A DNA stretch of 64,000 bases from Phascolarctobacterium sp. (GCA_030531205.1 JAUNOC010000007.1:2073-66072); one strand, 5' to 3'. Counted from the stretch's first letter, positions 1 to 12,169 are shown. Numbers and translations are program-made. Notes: generated by a model not told the origin, from the sequence alone.

Positions 1-28
1 AAATTCTGAATCCTGATTTCTGATTCCT
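1..28 (-). repeat. Degenerate heptanucleotide-periodic tract (AAATTCT GAATCCT GATTTCT GATTCCT) directly downstream of the minus-strand CDS stop; cut by the window edge
   Basis: 7-nt periodicity read directly. The reverse complement AGGAATC AGAAATC AGGATTC matches the heptamer type at 32181-32285. Confidence 0.5.
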
Positions 29-667
29 TTATCCATGCATATAATTTTTAATAATACAGATTGGTGTTTTTTGGCTGTCGTTGCCAAAGGGGTTGTCAAT
101 CAAAATTTGTGCCACAAGAGCGGCATTCACTCCGGCACTGGTACCAAGTATATGACTGCGTTTTAAGTCGTTCACATCCGCAATGCAGGCACCGAAAGCA
201 CCGGTGGCGGTCTTAATTTTTTCGCTGACTCCCACAGGGTCAAAAGGCCCGGGCACAATGTGTTTGTCAAAGGGTGGCATGGTTCCCGTTACATCGTCAA
301 TCAGTCGTGCCTGATAGCCCGCTGTGCGATAGAACACACCGGCGATGCCAAGACATTTGGCAAGTGTGCCTAATATAACAGCAAAGAATACTCTTAACCC
401 GCCGCTGTAATTAATAAGGCACTGCATAGAGTAAGGACTGGAAATGCTGCCTTTGGCAGGAAAGAGGCGGCTGAGGAATTTCGCCAAAAGTGTTGGGTGC
501 AGGTAATCGCACCGCACTGCACTGCCTTGTGTAATAGCCACCACAGATTCTGCTACGCATACCACATCATTGGCGGTAATTTTATCGCCGCCATATTTTA
601 CAATGGCATTGGTAATGTCGTCATGATGCGTTAGGATAGGTGTTTTAATTGGAATAATGTCATACAT
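29..667 (-). CDS. F420-0:gamma-glutamyl ligase-like (CofE family) protein
   Basis: 212-aa ORF. The N-terminus (MYDIIPIKTPILTHHDDI) and overall pattern resemble CofE-like ligase family proteins. Family assigned from memory only. Confidence 0.6.
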   Translation of the reverse strand: MYDIIPIKTPILTHHDDITNAIVKYGGDKITANDVVCVAESVVAITQGSAVRCDYLHPTLLAKFLSRLFPAKGSISSPYSMQCLINYSGGLRVFFAVILGTLAKCLGIAGVFYRTAGYQARLIDDVTGTMPPFDKHIVPGPFDPVGVSEKIKTATGAFGACIADVNDLKRSHILGTSAGVNAALVAQILIDNPFGNDSQKTPICIIKNYMHG

Positions 668-687
668 AATGATATTATTATAAACTC

Positions 688-716
688 TTGCAATTTTTTG
701 TTCAAGATATTATAAT
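688..716 (+). promoter_or_regulatory. Sigma-70-type promoter for the tRNA
   Basis: TTGCAA (688-693), 17-nt spacer, TATAAT (711-716). The tRNA 5' end lies 13 nt downstream. Confidence 0.5.
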
Positions 717-728
717 AAAAAAGTTAAT

Positions 729-804
729 ACGCCTGTAGCTCAGTGGATTAGAGCGTCGGCCTCCGGAGCCGTGTGCGCAGGTTCGATTCCTGTCAGGCGT
801 ACCA
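729..804 (+). tRNA. tRNA-Arg (anticodon CCG), CCA encoded
   Basis: Hand-folded 76-nt cloverleaf. Acceptor ACGCCTG pairs with CAGGCGT. D arm is GCTC..GAGC. Anticodon loop is CTCCGGA (T33, CCG, G37). T loop is TTCGATT, with terminal ACCA. Confidence 0.9.
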
Positions 805-813
805 TTTTTATTT

Positions 814-1923
814 ATGAAAATATTAATGTTTATTACAACTGTAGATTTGCTGTTGACGGTGCTGACTTATGTGTATTACCGGTTGGTGTTTAGGTTTGCC
901 AGAAGCACTGCCTTTTTATTTTTCTATGTGTTGTTCAGTGCTAATGTTATTATAAGCAGAGTACTTTCTGACCGTTTCCCGCTTACTTTGTTGTGGGCGG
1001 AATCCTACATTAGCGGTATTTGGTTGACGGTTTTATATTATTCGTTGTTGTTGGCAATTCTTCATCTTGCCTTTTTTATTGTTTTTAATTTACTGCATTT
1101 GCGGTTGCCCCATCAAAGGTTTGCCCAAGTGGTGCTGGCATTTTTTACGGTTTTGAGTGTGTGGGGCGGCTGGCGGGCTTATCATCCGGTGGTGCGGGAG
1201 GAGATTGTTTCCACAGCGAAACTGGAGCAAGGTACGGAGCTGAAGGTTGCGTTGGTAAGTGATTTGCATTTGGGCAGGACGTTGGTGCGCGGTTACAGTT
1301 GGGATGTGGTGGAGTTAATCAATGCCCAACAACCTGATGTTGTAATTATTGCCGGAGATTTGCTGGACGGGAAAATAAGTCATGTCCTGCGTGCCAATTC
1401 GTTGGAACCGCTTTCCTATTTAGAAGCGCCTTTGGGAACTTATATGGTCATGGGTAATCACGATTATATTGATAATCCTTCAAGATTACAGCGTTTGCTG
1501 AAAATGATGAGAATCAAAGTGTTGCACGGAAATAATGTGGGACTTCAAAATGGTACGGTTAAGATTACAGGTTTGGTGGATTTTAGCAGGGATTCCGGTA
1601 CGGAGACATTACGCCAACTTTCAGCGGGCAATAATGATTTTTTCAGTATTATAGTTGACCATCAGCCCAGACGCTTTTTGGCAGCACAGGAGGAAGGTTA
1701 TGACTTGTATTTGTCAGGACATACCCACACGGGGCAGTTGTGGCCGAACCGTTTGTTCACTTTTTTCATGTATGATTTGGACTATGGGCGCAGGGAATAT
1801 GGGGAAATGACTGCCATTGTGACCAGTGGTATAGGTTTTTGGGGGCCGCCAATACGGTCAACAGTTTCTCCGGAAATTGTACTGATTAAAGTGCAGGGGA
1901 ATGGCGAAAGCAAAAATAGCTAA
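814..1923 (+). CDS. Membrane-anchored metallophosphoesterase (YkuE/calcineurin-like)
   Basis: Hydrophobic N-terminal third followed by the motifs DLHLG, GDLLD, GNHD and GHTH. No clear SD, so the start is uncertain. Confidence 0.8.
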   Translation: MKILMFITTVDLLLTVLTYVYYRLVFRFARSTAFLFFYVLFSANVIISRVLSDRFPLTLLWAESYISGIWLTVLYYSLLLAILHLAFFIVFNLLHLRLPHQRFAQVVLAFFTVLSVWGGWRAYHPVVREEIVSTAKLEQGTELKVALVSDLHLGRTLVRGYSWDVVELINAQQPDVVIIAGDLLDGKISHVLRANSLEPLSYLEAPLGTYMVMGNHDYIDNPSRLQRLLKMMRIKVLHGNNVGLQNGTVKITGLVDFSRDSGTETLRQLSAGNNDFFSIIVDHQPRRFLAAQEEGYDLYLSGHTHTGQLWPNRLFTFFMYDLDYGRREYGEMTAIVTSGIGFWGPPIRSTVSPEIVLIKVQGNGESKNS

Positions 1924-1942
1924 AACAAGCAAATGTTACAAT

Positions 1943-1980
1943 AAATGCGAATTTTTTATAAAAATTCGCATTTATTTAGT
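1943..1980 (+). terminator. Rho-independent terminator
   Basis: AAATGCGAATTTTT / AAAAATTCGCATTT hairpin followed by a T-rich run. Confidence 0.6.
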
Positions 1981-2027
1981 TTTCATTACAGAAAAAATCT
2001 TGTTAAGAAAAAAAAATAAAAAAAAGT

Positions 2028-2056
2028 TTGACACAAGTCCGCTGTTTTGATAAAAT
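2028..2056 (+). promoter_or_regulatory. str operon promoter
   Basis: TTGACA (2028-2033), 17-nt spacer, TAAAAT (2051-2056). Confidence 0.55.
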
Positions 2057-2173
2057 TGCGAACGTTCGCCCTCTTATGTATATATATATAAGAAATTGCT
2101 AATAGATAAGAGTCCGATGAAAATCGGATTTTTATAAAAACAACTAACCAAGTGTGAGAAAGGAGGTGCTGAT

Positions 2174-2557
2174 GTGCCAACAATCAATCAGCTGATTCGT
2201 AAGGGACGTAAGGTTTTGACGGATAAGTCCGCTTCACCGGCATTGAAAGAGTGTCCGCAAAAGCGGGGGGTTTGTACCCGTGTTTACACCACTACGCCGA
2301 AGAAACCTAACTCCGCATTGCGTAAGGTAGCCCGTGTGCGTCTGACCAATGGTCTGGAAGTAACGGCTTATATCCCCGGCATTGGCCACAATTTGCAAGA
2401 GCATAGCGTGGTTATGATTAGGGGCGGAAGGGTTAAGGACCTTCCTGGTGTGCGTTATCACATCATTCGTGGAGCTTTGGATGCTGCCGGTGTTGCAGAC
2501 CGTCAACAGGGTCGCAGCAAGTACGGTGCGAAGAAACCTAAAGAGAAAAAGCAATGA
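2174..2557 (+). CDS. rpsL: 30S ribosomal protein S12
   Basis: [12 protein letters not shown]... is canonical S12. GTG start downstream of AGGAGG. Confidence 0.97.
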   Translation: MPTINQLIRKGRKVLTDKSASPALKECPQKRGVCTRVYTTTPKKPNSALRKVARVRLTNGLEVTAYIPGIGHNLQEHSVVMIRGGRVKDLPGVRYHIIRGALDAAGVADRQQGRSKYGAKKPKEKKQ

Positions 2558-2589
2558 GCATAGTGCTCACCATTGAATGAAAGGAGTGA

Positions 2590-3066
<477 letters not shown>

Positions 3067-3078
3067 TAAGGAGAAAAA

Positions 3079-5163
3079 ATGGGCAGAGAATATCCACTTG
3101 AAAAAACAAGAAATATCGGCATTATGGCACATATTGATGCCGGCAAGACAACTACCACAGAACGTATTCTGTTCTATACTGGCAAGACCCACAAATTGGG
3201 AGAAACCCATGAGGGCGCTGCCACAATGGACTGGATGGTTCAGGAACAGGAACGTGGTATTACCATCACCAGTGCGGCAACAACTTGCTTCTGGTTGGGC
3301 AACCGTATCAATATCATTGATACCCCGGGCCACGTTGACTTTACAGTAGAAGTTGAACGTTCTCTCCGTGTATTGGATGGTTCTGTAGCAGTATTTTGTG
3401 CCAAGGGCGGCGTTGAGCCCCAGTCCGAAACTGTATGGCGTCAGGCGGACAAATATAATGTTCCCCGCATGGCATACGTAAATAAAATGGACATTACCGG
3501 TGCTGATTTCTATCGTGTGGTTAGCATGATGAAAGAGCGTTTGGGTGCTAACGCAGTTCCCATTCAACTGCCAATCGGTTTTGAAGACAGTTTTGTCGGA
3601 CTGATTGACTTAATAAAGATGAAGGCCTACATCTACCATGACGATTTAGGCAAAGAGCAGGAAGAAACTGATGTTCCGGCAGATATGTTGGACAAGGCAA
3701 AAGAGTATCGTGCCGCATTGGTTGAAGCAGTTGCTGAAGCAGACGATGAATTGATGATGAAATATCTTGATGGTGGCGAATTGACCGAAGATGAAATCAA
3801 CGGTGCCATTCGTAAGATGACCATTGCCTGCAAGTTGACCCCGGTATGTTGCGGTTCTTCTTACCGTAACCGTGGTGTACAACATTTGTTGGATGCAGTA
3901 GTTGCCTATATGCCGGCTCCTACCGATATTCCTCCCATCAAGGGCGTTACCCCAGACGGGAAGGAAGCAGAGCGTCCTTCCAGCGACGAAGAACCCTTCA
4001 GTGCGTTGGCATTTAAGATTATGACCGACCCCTTTGTCGGTAAGTTGGCATTCTTCCGTGTATATAGCGGAACTTTGGAAGCAGGCAGTTATGTATATAA
4101 CTCTACCAAGGGCAAGCGTGAACGTATCGGTCGTATTCTGCAAATGCATGCCAACCACCGTGAAGAAATCACTAAGGTTTACAGCGGTGATATTGCAGCA
4201 GCAGTTGGTTTAAAAGATACAACAACAGGTGATACTTTGTGTGATGAGAATAATGAGATTATTCTTGAATCCATGGTGTTCCCTGATCCGGTTATCAGCG
4301 TAGCCGTAGAACCCAAGACCAAGGCAGACCAAGAAAAAATGGGTATTGCATTGGCTAAGTTGGCGGAAGAAGACCCCACTTTCCGTGTTCACACAGATCC
4401 GGAAACCAATCAGACAATTATAAGCGGTATGGGCGAACTTCACTTGGATATTATTGTGGACCGTTTGCTCCGTGAATTTAAGGTTGGTTGCACTGTGGGT
4501 AATCCCCAAGTTGCTTATCGTGAAACTATTCGTAAGTCCGTTAAGTCCGAAGGTAAGTTTATCCGTCAGTCCGGCGGTAAAGGTCAATATGGTCATTGCT
4601 GGTTGGAACTTACCCCGAAAGAACCGGGAACCGGCTTCAGTTTCGAAAGCAAAATTGTCGGTGGCGCCATTCCTAAAGAATACATTGCGCCTATTGAAAA
4701 TGGTGTTAAGGAAGCAATGGAGAACGGTGTTTTGGCAGGTTATCCGATGGTAGATATTGCTGTTACCGTTTATGATGGTTCTTATCATGAAGTGGACTCC
4801 AGTGAAATGGCGTTCAAGATTGCGGCTTCCATGGGCTTCAAATCAGGTGCAGTTAAAGCCGATCCGGTTATTTTGGAACCGATTATGAAGGTTGAAGTAA
4901 CTGTTCCTGAAGAATATATGGGCGATGTAATTGGTGACTTGAACAGCCGCCGTGGCCGCATCAATTCTATGGACGCAAGAAATGGTGCCCAAATTATTGA
5001 CGCTTTCGTCCCGTTGGCTTCAATGTTTGGTTATGCAACAGATTTGCGTTCCAGAACCCAAGGTCGTGGCAACTACGTAATGCAGATTGACCACTACGAA
5101 GCAGTGCCGAATAATATTGCGGAAGAAATTATCGCAAAGAACAAAGGCACCACTGCTGAATAA
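3079..5163 (+). CDS. fusA: Elongation factor G
   Basis: 694 aa. G-domain motifs AHIDAGKTT and DTPGHVDF; str operon position. Confidence 0.97.
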   Translation: MGREYPLEKTRNIGIMAHIDAGKTTTTERILFYTGKTHKLGETHEGAATMDWMVQEQERGITITSAATTCFWLGNRINIIDTPGHVDFTVEVERSLRVLDGSVAVFCAKGGVEPQSETVWRQADKYNVPRMAYVNKMDITGADFYRVVSMMKERLGANAVPIQLPIGFEDSFVGLIDLIKMKAYIYHDDLGKEQEETDVPADMLDKAKEYRAALVEAVAEADDELMMKYLDGGELTEDEINGAIRKMTIACKLTPVCCGSSYRNRGVQHLLDAVVAYMPAPTDIPPIKGVTPDGKEAERPSSDEEPFSALAFKIMTDPFVGKLAFFRVYSGTLEAGSYVYNSTKGKRERIGRILQMHANHREEITKVYSGDIAAAVGLKDTTTGDTLCDENNEIILESMVFPDPVISVAVEPKTKADQEKMGIALAKLAEEDPTFRVHTDPETNQTIISGMGELHLDIIVDRLLREFKVGCTVGNPQVAYRETIRKSVKSEGKFIRQSGGKGQYGHCWLELTPKEPGTGFSFESKIVGGAIPKEYIAPIENGVKEAMENGVLAGYPMVDIAVTVYDGSYHEVDSSEMAFKIAASMGFKSGAVKADPVILEPIMKVEVTVPEEYMGDVIGDLNSRRGRINSMDARNGAQIIDAFVPLASMFGYATDLRSRTQGRGNYVMQIDHYEAVPNNIAEEIIAKNKGTTAE

Positions 5164-5254
5164 AAAAAACATTCTGTCGAGCAATGACAGAATGGAAAAA
5201 TAAAATTTTATTAAACTTTTTGAAAGGTTTTAAAGAAAAAGGAGGATTTTCAAA

Positions 5255-6442
5255 ATGTCTAAAGCAAAGTACGAACGTACAAAACCCCATCTGAACATTG
5301 GTACCATTGGTCACGTTGACCATGGCAAGACCACCTTGACTGCTGCCATTACCAAAGTTTTGGCTGACAAAGGCCAGGCAGAATTCATGGACTATGCAAA
5401 CATTGATAAGGCGCCGGAAGAGCGTGAACGTGGTATTACCATTAATACCGCACACGTTGAATATGAGACCGAAACCCGTCACTACGCACACGTTGACTGC
5501 CCGGGCCATGCTGACTATGTAAAGAACATGATTACTGGTGCAGCACAAATGGACGGTGCAATTCTCGTTGTATCCGCAGCCGATGGTCCTATGCCTCAAA
5601 CCCGTGAACACATTTTGTTGGCTCGTCAAGTAGGCGTTCCCGCTATTGTAGTGTTCTTGAACAAATGTGATATGGTTGACGATCCTGAATTGTTGGAATT
5701 GGTGGAAATGGAAGTTCGCGAACTGCTCAGTAGTTACGAATTCCCTGGCGACGACATTCCTATCGTTAAGGGTTCCGCACTGAAAGCATTGGAAGGCGAT
5801 GCAAAATTTGTTGCCGCTATTGATGAATTGATGGCAGCAGTTGACAGCTACATTCCTATGCCTGAACGTGCAAAGGATAAACCCTTCTTGATGCCTGTGG
5901 AAGACGTATTCACCATTACCGGTCGTGGTACTGTTGCTACCGGCCGTGTAGAACGTGGTACCATTAAAGTTGGCGACACCGTTGAAATCATCGGTTTGGC
6001 TACTGAAAACAAACAAACTGTTGTTACTGGTGTAGAAATGTTCCGCAAATTGTTGGACGAAGCAATGGCTGGTGATAATATTGGTTGCTTGCTCCGTGGT
6101 ATTGACCGTAAGGAAATTGAACGTGGTCAAGTTTTGGCAAAACCCGGTTCCATTAAACCTTTGACCAAATTCAAAGGCGAAGTTTACGTATTGACCAAAG
6201 AGGAAGGTGGTCGTCATACCCCGTTCTTCAATGGTTACCGTCCTCAATTCTACTTCCGTACTACCGACGTTACCGGTGTTGCTAAGTTGCCTGACGGCGT
6301 TGAAATGGTTATGCCTGGCGACCATGTAACTATTGAAGTTGAATTGATTACCCCGATTGCTATTGAACAAGGTTTGCGTTTTGCTATTCGTGAAGGTGGC
6401 CGTACTGTAGGTGCTGGCATGGTATCCGAAATTATGGCTTAA
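5255..6442 (+). CDS. tuf: Elongation factor Tu
   Basis: 395 aa. [17 protein letters not shown] and NKCD motifs. Confidence 0.98.
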   Translation: MSKAKYERTKPHLNIGTIGHVDHGKTTLTAAITKVLADKGQAEFMDYANIDKAPEERERGITINTAHVEYETETRHYAHVDCPGHADYVKNMITGAAQMDGAILVVSAADGPMPQTREHILLARQVGVPAIVVFLNKCDMVDDPELLELVEMEVRELLSSYEFPGDDIPIVKGSALKALEGDAKFVAAIDELMAAVDSYIPMPERAKDKPFLMPVEDVFTITGRGTVATGRVERGTIKVGDTVEIIGLATENKQTVVTGVEMFRKLLDEAMAGDNIGCLLRGIDRKEIERGQVLAKPGSIKPLTKFKGEVYVLTKEEGGRHTPFFNGYRPQFYFRTTDVTGVAKLPDGVEMVMPGDHVTIEVELITPIAIEQGLRFAIREGGRTVGAGMVSEIMA

Positions 6443-6620
6443 TGTTGGTATATAGATAACATATACATTATATATGGGTGTTGGCTCCGCCGCTTAATGG
6501 CGACGGAGCAGGTATGCCCTTTGACTGTGAAGTGGGAGGTTGCACGCCCTGGTTGCGTGGTTTTCCCACGGAGTAAGTCCAAATCGTATGAGTTTGGGCG
6601 AATAGGAGGAAAAGAATTTA

Positions 6621-6935
6621 ATGGCTAAGTCTCAGAAAATCAGAATACGTTTGAAAGCGTATGATCACAAGATGTTAGATCAGAGTGCGGCAAAGATTGT
6701 GGACACTGCTGAGCGTACAGGCGCTTTGGTATCTGGCCCGATTCCCTTGCCGACTGAAAAGAACATCTATACTATTCTCCGTTCTCCTCATGTTAACAAG
6801 GATAGCAGAGAACAGTTTGAAATGCGTACTCACAAAAGATTAATCGATATTTTAGAACCCAGTCCTAAGACAGTTGACAGTTTGATGCGACTTGACCTGC
6901 CTGCCGGAGTGGATATCGAAATCAAGGTACTGTAA
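6621..6935 (+). CDS. rpsJ: 30S ribosomal protein S10
   Basis: [16 protein letters not shown]... is canonical S10. Confidence 0.97.
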   Translation: MAKSQKIRIRLKAYDHKMLDQSAAKIVDTAERTGALVSGPIPLPTEKNIYTILRSPHVNKDSREQFEMRTHKRLIDILEPSPKTVDSLMRLDLPAGVDIEIKVL

Positions 6936-6954
6936 TTGTAGGGAGGAATAAAGA

Positions 6955-7638
6955 ATGGCTAAAGCTATTATTGGCAAGAAGTTGGGCATGACCCAAATCT
7001 TTGCAGAAGACGGCAAGCTGATCCCTGTTACAGTTGTGGAAGCAGGTCCTTGTGCAGTACTGCAAGTTAAAAATGTGGAAAACGACGGCTATGATGCTGC
7101 TGTCGTAGGTTTTGGAGAAATTAAAGAAAAACAAGTTACCAAACCTATGGCCGGCGTATTTGCCAAAGCCGGTGTTAAAGCAGTTCGTTGGTTGCGGGAA
7201 CTCCGCAGCGACAAAGCCGTGGAATACAAGGTTGGCGACCAAATTACCTGTGATATTTTCGCAGCAGGTGATGTGGTGGATGCCTTGGGCATTTCCCGTG
7301 GTAAGGGTTTTGCCGGTACCACCAAGCGTTATCACTTTGGTCGTGGTCCTATGAAACATGGTTCCAAGAGTCATCGTGAGCCCGGTTCAATGGGCCCCCG
7401 TTACTCCGGCCCGGGCGGTCGTGTAATGCCCGGCAAACGTCTCCCCGGTCATATGGGTGTTGACCATGCAACAGTTCAACATCTTCGTATAGTAAGGGTT
7501 GACAAGGAACGGAACCTGTTGTTGGTAAGGGGTGGAATCCCTGGTGCAACTGGAAGTTGCGTAATGATTAGAGAAACAATAAAGCCGATTAAACCGCCAC
7601 AAGTTCAGGCGGCTAAAAAGAAGGCTAAGAAAGAGTAA
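6955..7638 (+). CDS. rplC: 50S ribosomal protein L3
   Basis: IIGKKLGMTQIF... is canonical L3; S10 operon order. Confidence 0.97.
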   Translation: MAKAIIGKKLGMTQIFAEDGKLIPVTVVEAGPCAVLQVKNVENDGYDAAVVGFGEIKEKQVTKPMAGVFAKAGVKAVRWLRELRSDKAVEYKVGDQITCDIFAAGDVVDALGISRGKGFAGTTKRYHFGRGPMKHGSKSHREPGSMGPRYSGPGGRVMPGKRLPGHMGVDHATVQHLRIVRVDKERNLLLVRGGIPGATGSCVMIRETIKPIKPPQVQAAKKKAKKE

Positions 7639-7657
7639 GGAAGGAGGTTGCTTTTAG

Positions 7658-8278
7658 ATGGCTAAAGTATATGATTTGACTGGCAAAGAAGTCGGTGAAA
7701 TTGAATTAAATGCTGAAGTATTTGGCCGTGAATTTAATGGCGGTTTAGTACATCAGGCAGTAGTTATGCAAATGGCTGCAATGCGTCAAGGCACTTCTTC
7801 CACAAAGAAACGTGGTGAGGTGCGTGGTGGTGGCAGAAAACCTTGGAAACAAAAAGGTACCGGCCATGCACGTTGCGGCAGTATCCGTAGCAGCATTTGG
7901 GTTGGCGGCGGTGTAACCTTTGGTCCCAAACCCCGCAGCTATGCGAAGGATATGCCTCGCAAAATGCGCCGTTTGGCAATTGCCTGCTCCTTGAGCAGCA
8001 AGGTTGCCGCAAATGAATTGGTGGTTGTTGATGGTATGAAATTTGATACCATTAAAACTAAAAAAGCAGTAGAGGTTATAAAGGCCTTTGATGCTGCTGA
8101 CAAGAAAGTACTCTTTATTACGGTAGTTGGCAACACTAATGTGGAGAAATCCGCAGCTAATTTGCCGAAAGTAAAAGTAATTTCTAATATGGGCTTAAAC
8201 TGCATGGATATCTTGAACGCCAACAAGGTGCTTTTGGATAAGGCCGCAGTAGCAGCTATTGAGGAGGTGCTGGGATAA
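7658..8278 (+). CDS. rplD: 50S ribosomal protein L4
   Basis: [16 protein letters not shown] motif. Confidence 0.96.
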   Translation: MAKVYDLTGKEVGEIELNAEVFGREFNGGLVHQAVVMQMAAMRQGTSSTKKRGEVRGGGRKPWKQKGTGHARCGSIRSSIWVGGGVTFGPKPRSYAKDMPRKMRRLAIACSLSSKVAANELVVVDGMKFDTIKTKKAVEVIKAFDAADKKVLFITVVGNTNVEKSAANLPKVKVISNMGLNCMDILNANKVLLDKAAVAAIEEVLG

Positions 8279-8568
8279 TGGCAGTTAATCCTCGTGATAT
8301 TATAAAGCGTCCGGTTATTACCGAAAAGACGCAAGCCATGATGAACGAAAACAAATATACCTTTGAAGTTCCTATGACTGCAAACAAGGTAGAAATTCGT
8401 CAGGCCATTGAAGCGATTTTCAACGTTAAGGTTGAAAGAGTGAACACCGTGCGTGTGCTTGGTAAAACTAAACGCATGGGTAGATTCCAAGGCAAGCGTA
8501 GCGATTACAAGAAAGCAATCGTAAAACTTGTTGAAGGATCTAAGATTACCCTCTTCGAAGGGATGTAA
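8278..8568 (+). CDS. rplW: 50S ribosomal protein L23
   Basis: [11 protein letters not shown]... The start overlaps the rplD stop (ATAATG). Confidence 0.96.
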   Translation: MAVNPRDIIKRPVITEKTQAMMNENKYTFEVPMTANKVEIRQAIEAIFNVKVERVNTVRVLGKTKRMGRFQGKRSDYKKAIVKLVEGSKITLFEGM

Positions 8569-8582
8569 GGAGAAGAGAAATA

Positions 8583-9413
8583 ATGGGAATTAAAAGTTAT
8601 CGCCCCACGTCGCCCAGCCGTCGTTTTATTACAGGCAGCGACTATACGGAGCTCACAACGGACAGACCGTATTATCCGTTGACAGAAAGGATTACGGAAA
8701 AAGCAGGCCGCAATTACACCGGTAAGATGACCGTGCGTCATCAAGGTGGCGGCAACAAGCGTTTGTATCGTATCATTGATTTCAAGCGCAATAAGGACAA
8801 TGTTCCTGCTATTGTTAAGACCATTGAATATGATCCTTATCGCAATGCCAGAATTGCTTTGGTAGCATATTTAGATGGTGAGAAACGCTACATTCTTGCA
8901 CCTTTGGGATTAAAGGTTGGTCAAAGAATTGTTAGTGGCGAAATAGCAGATATTGTGGTTGGGAATACTATGCCTTTGAAAAACATTCCCTTGGGTACTG
9001 AAGTACACAATGTGGAAATGAAAATTGGCAAGGGCGGACAATTGGCACGTAGTGCCGGCGGTTTTGCCCAACTGATGGCAAAGGATGGGGACTATGCTTT
9101 GCTCCGTCTTCCTTCAGGTGAAATCCGTAAAGTACATATCAATTGCCGTGCTACCATCGGCATTGTTGGTAATCTGGAATTTGAAAACATTCACATCGGT
9201 AAAGCAGGCCGCAACCGTTGGTTGGGTATCCGTCCTGCAAACCGTGGTGTAGTTATGAACCCGAATGACCATCCGCATGGTGGTGGTGAAGGTCACAGCC
9301 CGGTCGGCCGTAAGCGCCCGGTTACCCCTTGGGGCAAGTGTGCATTTGGTACCAAGACCCGCAAGGAAAAGAAAGCTTCTACGAAGTTAATCTTGAAGCG
9401 TCGTAATGGTTAA
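8583..9413 (+). CDS. rplB: 50S ribosomal protein L2
   Basis: 276 aa. The HPHGGGEG motif is present. Confidence 0.97.
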   Translation: MGIKSYRPTSPSRRFITGSDYTELTTDRPYYPLTERITEKAGRNYTGKMTVRHQGGGNKRLYRIIDFKRNKDNVPAIVKTIEYDPYRNARIALVAYLDGEKRYILAPLGLKVGQRIVSGEIADIVVGNTMPLKNIPLGTEVHNVEMKIGKGGQLARSAGGFAQLMAKDGDYALLRLPSGEIRKVHINCRATIGIVGNLEFENIHIGKAGRNRWLGIRPANRGVVMNPNDHPHGGGEGHSPVGRKRPVTPWGKCAFGTKTRKEKKASTKLILKRRNG

Positions 9414-9437
9414 TGAATAGGGAAAGGAGAAACCAGA

Positions 9438-9761
9438 GTGTCTAGATCAGTTAAAAAAGGACCCTTTGTCCAAGAAGCGCTGTTGAAAAGAATTGAAGCG
9501 CTCAACGCCGCTAATGATAAGAAAGTTTTGAAGACCTGGAGCCGTGCTTCCATGATACTTCCTTCTTTCATTGGTCACACTATTGCGGTACATGACGGAC
9601 GCAAACATGTTCCCGTGTTCATTACCGAGGATATGGTCGGTCATAAATTGGGAGAATTTGCTCCCACCAGAACCTTTAGAGGCCACAGTGATAAGGCCAC
9701 AGAAGTTGGCGCAGGCAGTGCACCGGCAGCTCCGGCAGCACCCGCAGCCAAGAAAGAGTAG
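9438..9761 (+). CDS. rpsS: 30S ribosomal protein S19, with a C-terminal Ala/Pro-rich extension
   Basis: [10 protein letters not shown]... is canonical S19; GTG start. The tail ...[17 protein letters not shown] is additional. Confidence 0.95.
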   Translation: MSRSVKKGPFVQEALLKRIEALNAANDKKVLKTWSRASMILPSFIGHTIAVHDGRKHVPVFITEDMVGHKLGEFAPTRTFRGHSDKATEVGAGSAPAAPAAPAAKKE

Positions 9762-9774
9762 GAGGGTATAACAT

Positions 9775-10110
9775 ATGGAAGCATATGCAGTTGCTAAAAA
9801 TATCCGTATCAGTCCCCGTAAGGTTCGCATTGTAGTGAATCTTATCCGTGGCAAAGCGGTTAATGAAGCTTTCGCAATCCTGAAGTTTACCCCCAAAGTA
9901 GGCTGTGAGGTTGTGGAAAAAGTGTTGAAAAGTGCCGTTGCTAATGCAGAACATAATTTCGATATGGATAGCGAGAAGTTGTTTGTAAACGAAATTTATG
10001 TAGATGCAGGCCCCACATTAAAGAGGATACATCCTCGTTCCCGTGGACAGGCATTTAGTATTTTGAAAAGAACTTGCCAGGTAACCGTTAAGGTTGGCGA
10101 GAAGAAGTAA
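9775..10110 (+). CDS. rplV: 50S ribosomal protein L22
   Basis: [17 protein letters not shown]... is canonical L22. Confidence 0.96.
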   Translation: MEAYAVAKNIRISPRKVRIVVNLIRGKAVNEAFAILKFTPKVGCEVVEKVLKSAVANAEHNFDMDSEKLFVNEIYVDAGPTLKRIHPRSRGQAFSILKRTCQVTVKVGEKK

Positions 10111-10132
10111 GAGCGAAGGAGGAAATCAGAAA

Positions 10133-10804
10133 TTGGGACAAAAAGTTAATCCGCATGGATTTCGGGTTGGCGTAATTAAATCTTGGGATTCCAAGTGGTA
10201 TGCCGACAGAGATTATCAAAAATTCCTGTTAGAAGATATCCGCATTCGCGAGTTCGTGATGGAAAAATTATTTCTCAGCGGTATTAGCCGTGTGGAAATT
10301 GAGCGGGCTTCCAACAAAGTTCGTGTTTCCATCTACACCGCAAAACCCGGTATGGTTATTGGCCGTCAAGGGGCAAATATTGAACTCTTGAAAAAGGACT
10401 TAAAAAAACTTACTACCGGTGATGTGGATGTTAATATTAACGAAATTAAGCAACCAGATTTGGATGCAAAATTGGTAGCAGAAAATGTTGCAGCACAATT
10501 GGAACGCCGTATTGCTTTCCGCCGTGCTATGAAACAAAGTGTAGGCCGCACCATGCGTTTGGGCGCAAAGGGTATTAAGATTACCGTAAGCGGTCGTTTG
10601 GGCGGAGCAGATATTGCCCGTGCAGAATTCTGCCGTGAGGGTTCCATTCCTCTGCACACTTTGAGAGCGGACATTGATTACGCTACCGCCGAAGCACATA
10701 CAACTTATGGTCGTATTGGTGTTAAGGTATGGATTTATAAGGGCGAAGTTTTGCCAGAGTCCAAGGACGTGGCTAAAGCATCTCCGAAGAAGGAGGAGGC
10801 CTAA
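10133..10804 (+). CDS. rpsC: 30S ribosomal protein S3
   Basis: [12 protein letters not shown]... I call a TTG start at 10133, after GGAGG. The track ORF start at 10094 overlaps rplV. Confidence 0.93.
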   Translation: MGQKVNPHGFRVGVIKSWDSKWYADRDYQKFLLEDIRIREFVMEKLFLSGISRVEIERASNKVRVSIYTAKPGMVIGRQGANIELLKKDLKKLTTGDVDVNINEIKQPDLDAKLVAENVAAQLERRIAFRRAMKQSVGRTMRLGAKGIKITVSGRLGGADIARAEFCREGSIPLHTLRADIDYATAEAHTTYGRIGVKVWIYKGEVLPESKDVAKASPKKEEA

Positions 10805-10805
10805 A

Positions 10806-11258
10806 ATGTTATTACCAAAGAGAACAAAGTACCGCAAGGTACAACGTGGTCGTATGAAAGGCCGTGCAATGCGTGGTAACAAATTGGCTCATGGTGATTA
10901 TGGTTTGGTAGCATTGGAACCAGCATGGATTACCAACCGTCAGATTGAAGCAGCCCGTATTGCCATGACACGTTATATCAAACGTGGTGGCCAAGTATGG
11001 ATTCAAATATTCCCGGACAAACCGGTTACAGCAAAACCTGCTGAAACCCGTATGGGTTCCGGTAAGGGATCCCCTGAATACTGGGTAGCAGTTGTTAAAC
11101 CCGGCCGTGTATTATTTGAAATGAACGGCATATCTCTTGAAGATGCCAAAGAAGCAATGCGTCTTGCAGGTCACAAATTGCCGATTAAAACCAGATTCGT
11201 GACCAAAGAACAACTTGCTGCAGAAATTGCTGCACGTGAAGGTGGTGAAGGAAAATGA
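10806..11258 (+). CDS. rplP: 50S ribosomal protein L16
   Basis: [19 protein letters not shown]... The ATG at 10806 is in frame within the longer track ORF. Confidence 0.95.
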   Translation: MLLPKRTKYRKVQRGRMKGRAMRGNKLAHGDYGLVALEPAWITNRQIEAARIAMTRYIKRGGQVWIQIFPDKPVTAKPAETRMGSGKGSPEYWVAVVKPGRVLFEMNGISLEDAKEAMRLAGHKLPIKTRFVTKEQLAAEIAAREGGEGK

Positions 11259-11449
11259 AAATTAAAGAAGTTCGTGATTTGTCTGCCGCAGATTTGGAAA
11301 AGAAATTGGCAGAGTTGAAAGAAGAACTCTTCAATCTCCGTTTTCAAATGGCAACCGGTCAATGCGAAAATCCCACCAAAGTTCGCGATATTAAAAAATC
11401 TATTGCGAGAATTAAGACCATTCAGCGTGAAGCTGAGTTGAAGGCCTAA
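11255..11449 (+). CDS. rpmC: 50S ribosomal protein L29
   Basis: 64 aa, LRFQMATGQ motif. Overlaps the rplP stop. Confidence 0.95.
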   Translation: MKIKEVRDLSAADLEKKLAELKEELFNLRFQMATGQCENPTKVRDIKKSIARIKTIQREAELKA

Positions 11450-11463
11450 GAGGAGGATGCAAG

Positions 11464-11724
11464 ATGACCGAAGAAAGAAATGCACGCGTAAGCCGTCAGG
11501 GTGTGGTTGTAAGTGACAAGATGGATAAGACCATTGTGGTTTCCATTGAAAGAACTGTGCAACATCCTGTGTATGGCAAGGGTGTAAAAAAGACCGTTAA
11601 ATTTAAAGCTCATGATGAGAACAATGAAGCTCATGTGGGAGATACAGTGGAGATTATGTCCACACGTCCTATCAGCAAGGATAAAAGATGGCGTTTGACC
11701 AAAATTGTTGAAAGGGCAAAATAA
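11464..11724 (+). CDS. rpsQ: 30S ribosomal protein S17
   Basis: [14 protein letters not shown]... is canonical S17. Confidence 0.95.
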   Translation: MTEERNARVSRQGVVVSDKMDKTIVVSIERTVQHPVYGKGVKKTVKFKAHDENNEAHVGDTVEIMSTRPISKDKRWRLTKIVERAK

Positions 11725-11782
11725 TTTCTTTATGTAACGAGGCCTCGCTGTTACGAGGCAGAATGAATCAGGAGGATTTAAG

Positions 11783-12151
11783 ATGATTCAGCAAGAAACA
11801 GTTCTGAACGTCGCTGATAACTCCGGCGCGAAGAAAGTTTTGTGTATTCGTGTAATGGGCGGTTCCTACCGCAAGTATGCGAATATCGGCGACATCATCG
11901 TCGCTGCCGTCAAGGAAGCGGCCCCCGATGGCACCGTCAAAAAAGGCGATGTTGTAAAATGCGTTGTGGTTCGCAGCGTAAAAGGGGTACGTCGTGAGGA
12001 TGGTTCTTACATCCGTTTTGACGAAAATGCTGCTGTGCTTATCAAAGACGATAAGACAACAGTGGGAACCCGTATTTTCGGGCCTGTAGCACGCGAATTG
12101 CGTGATCACGATTTTATGAGAATCGTGTCTTTGGCACCTGAAGTGCTTTAA
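11783..12151 (+). CDS. rplN: 50S ribosomal protein L14
   Basis: [17 protein letters not shown]... is canonical L14. Confidence 0.97.
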   Translation: MIQQETVLNVADNSGAKKVLCIRVMGGSYRKYANIGDIIVAAVKEAAPDGTVKKGDVVKCVVVRSVKGVRREDGSYIRFDENAAVLIKDDKTTVGTRIFGPVARELRDHDFMRIVSLAPEVL

Positions 12152-12169
12152 TCTGAAGGAGGAATTATC

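Noticed and set aside
5129-6370. 413-aa minus-strand ORF antisense to tuf. Similar long antisense ORFs lie at 2809-3567, 30702-31652, 49822-50724, 51563-52282, 55774-56451 and 57081-57617.
   Set aside because: These are shadow ORFs opposite highly conserved genes. Their composition is low-complexity, they have no SD and show no recognisable motifs. The sense-strand genes fully explain the DNA.
10094-10132. Longer N-terminal extensions suggested by the ORF track for rpsC, rplP (10674), rpsZ (13043), rpsM (18204), tsaC (41485), comM (45417), yqeK (53520) and the M23 peptidase (35705).
   Set aside because: The extensions overlap the preceding gene. They do not match conserved protein N-termini. 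A downstream in-frame start has a properly spaced SD.
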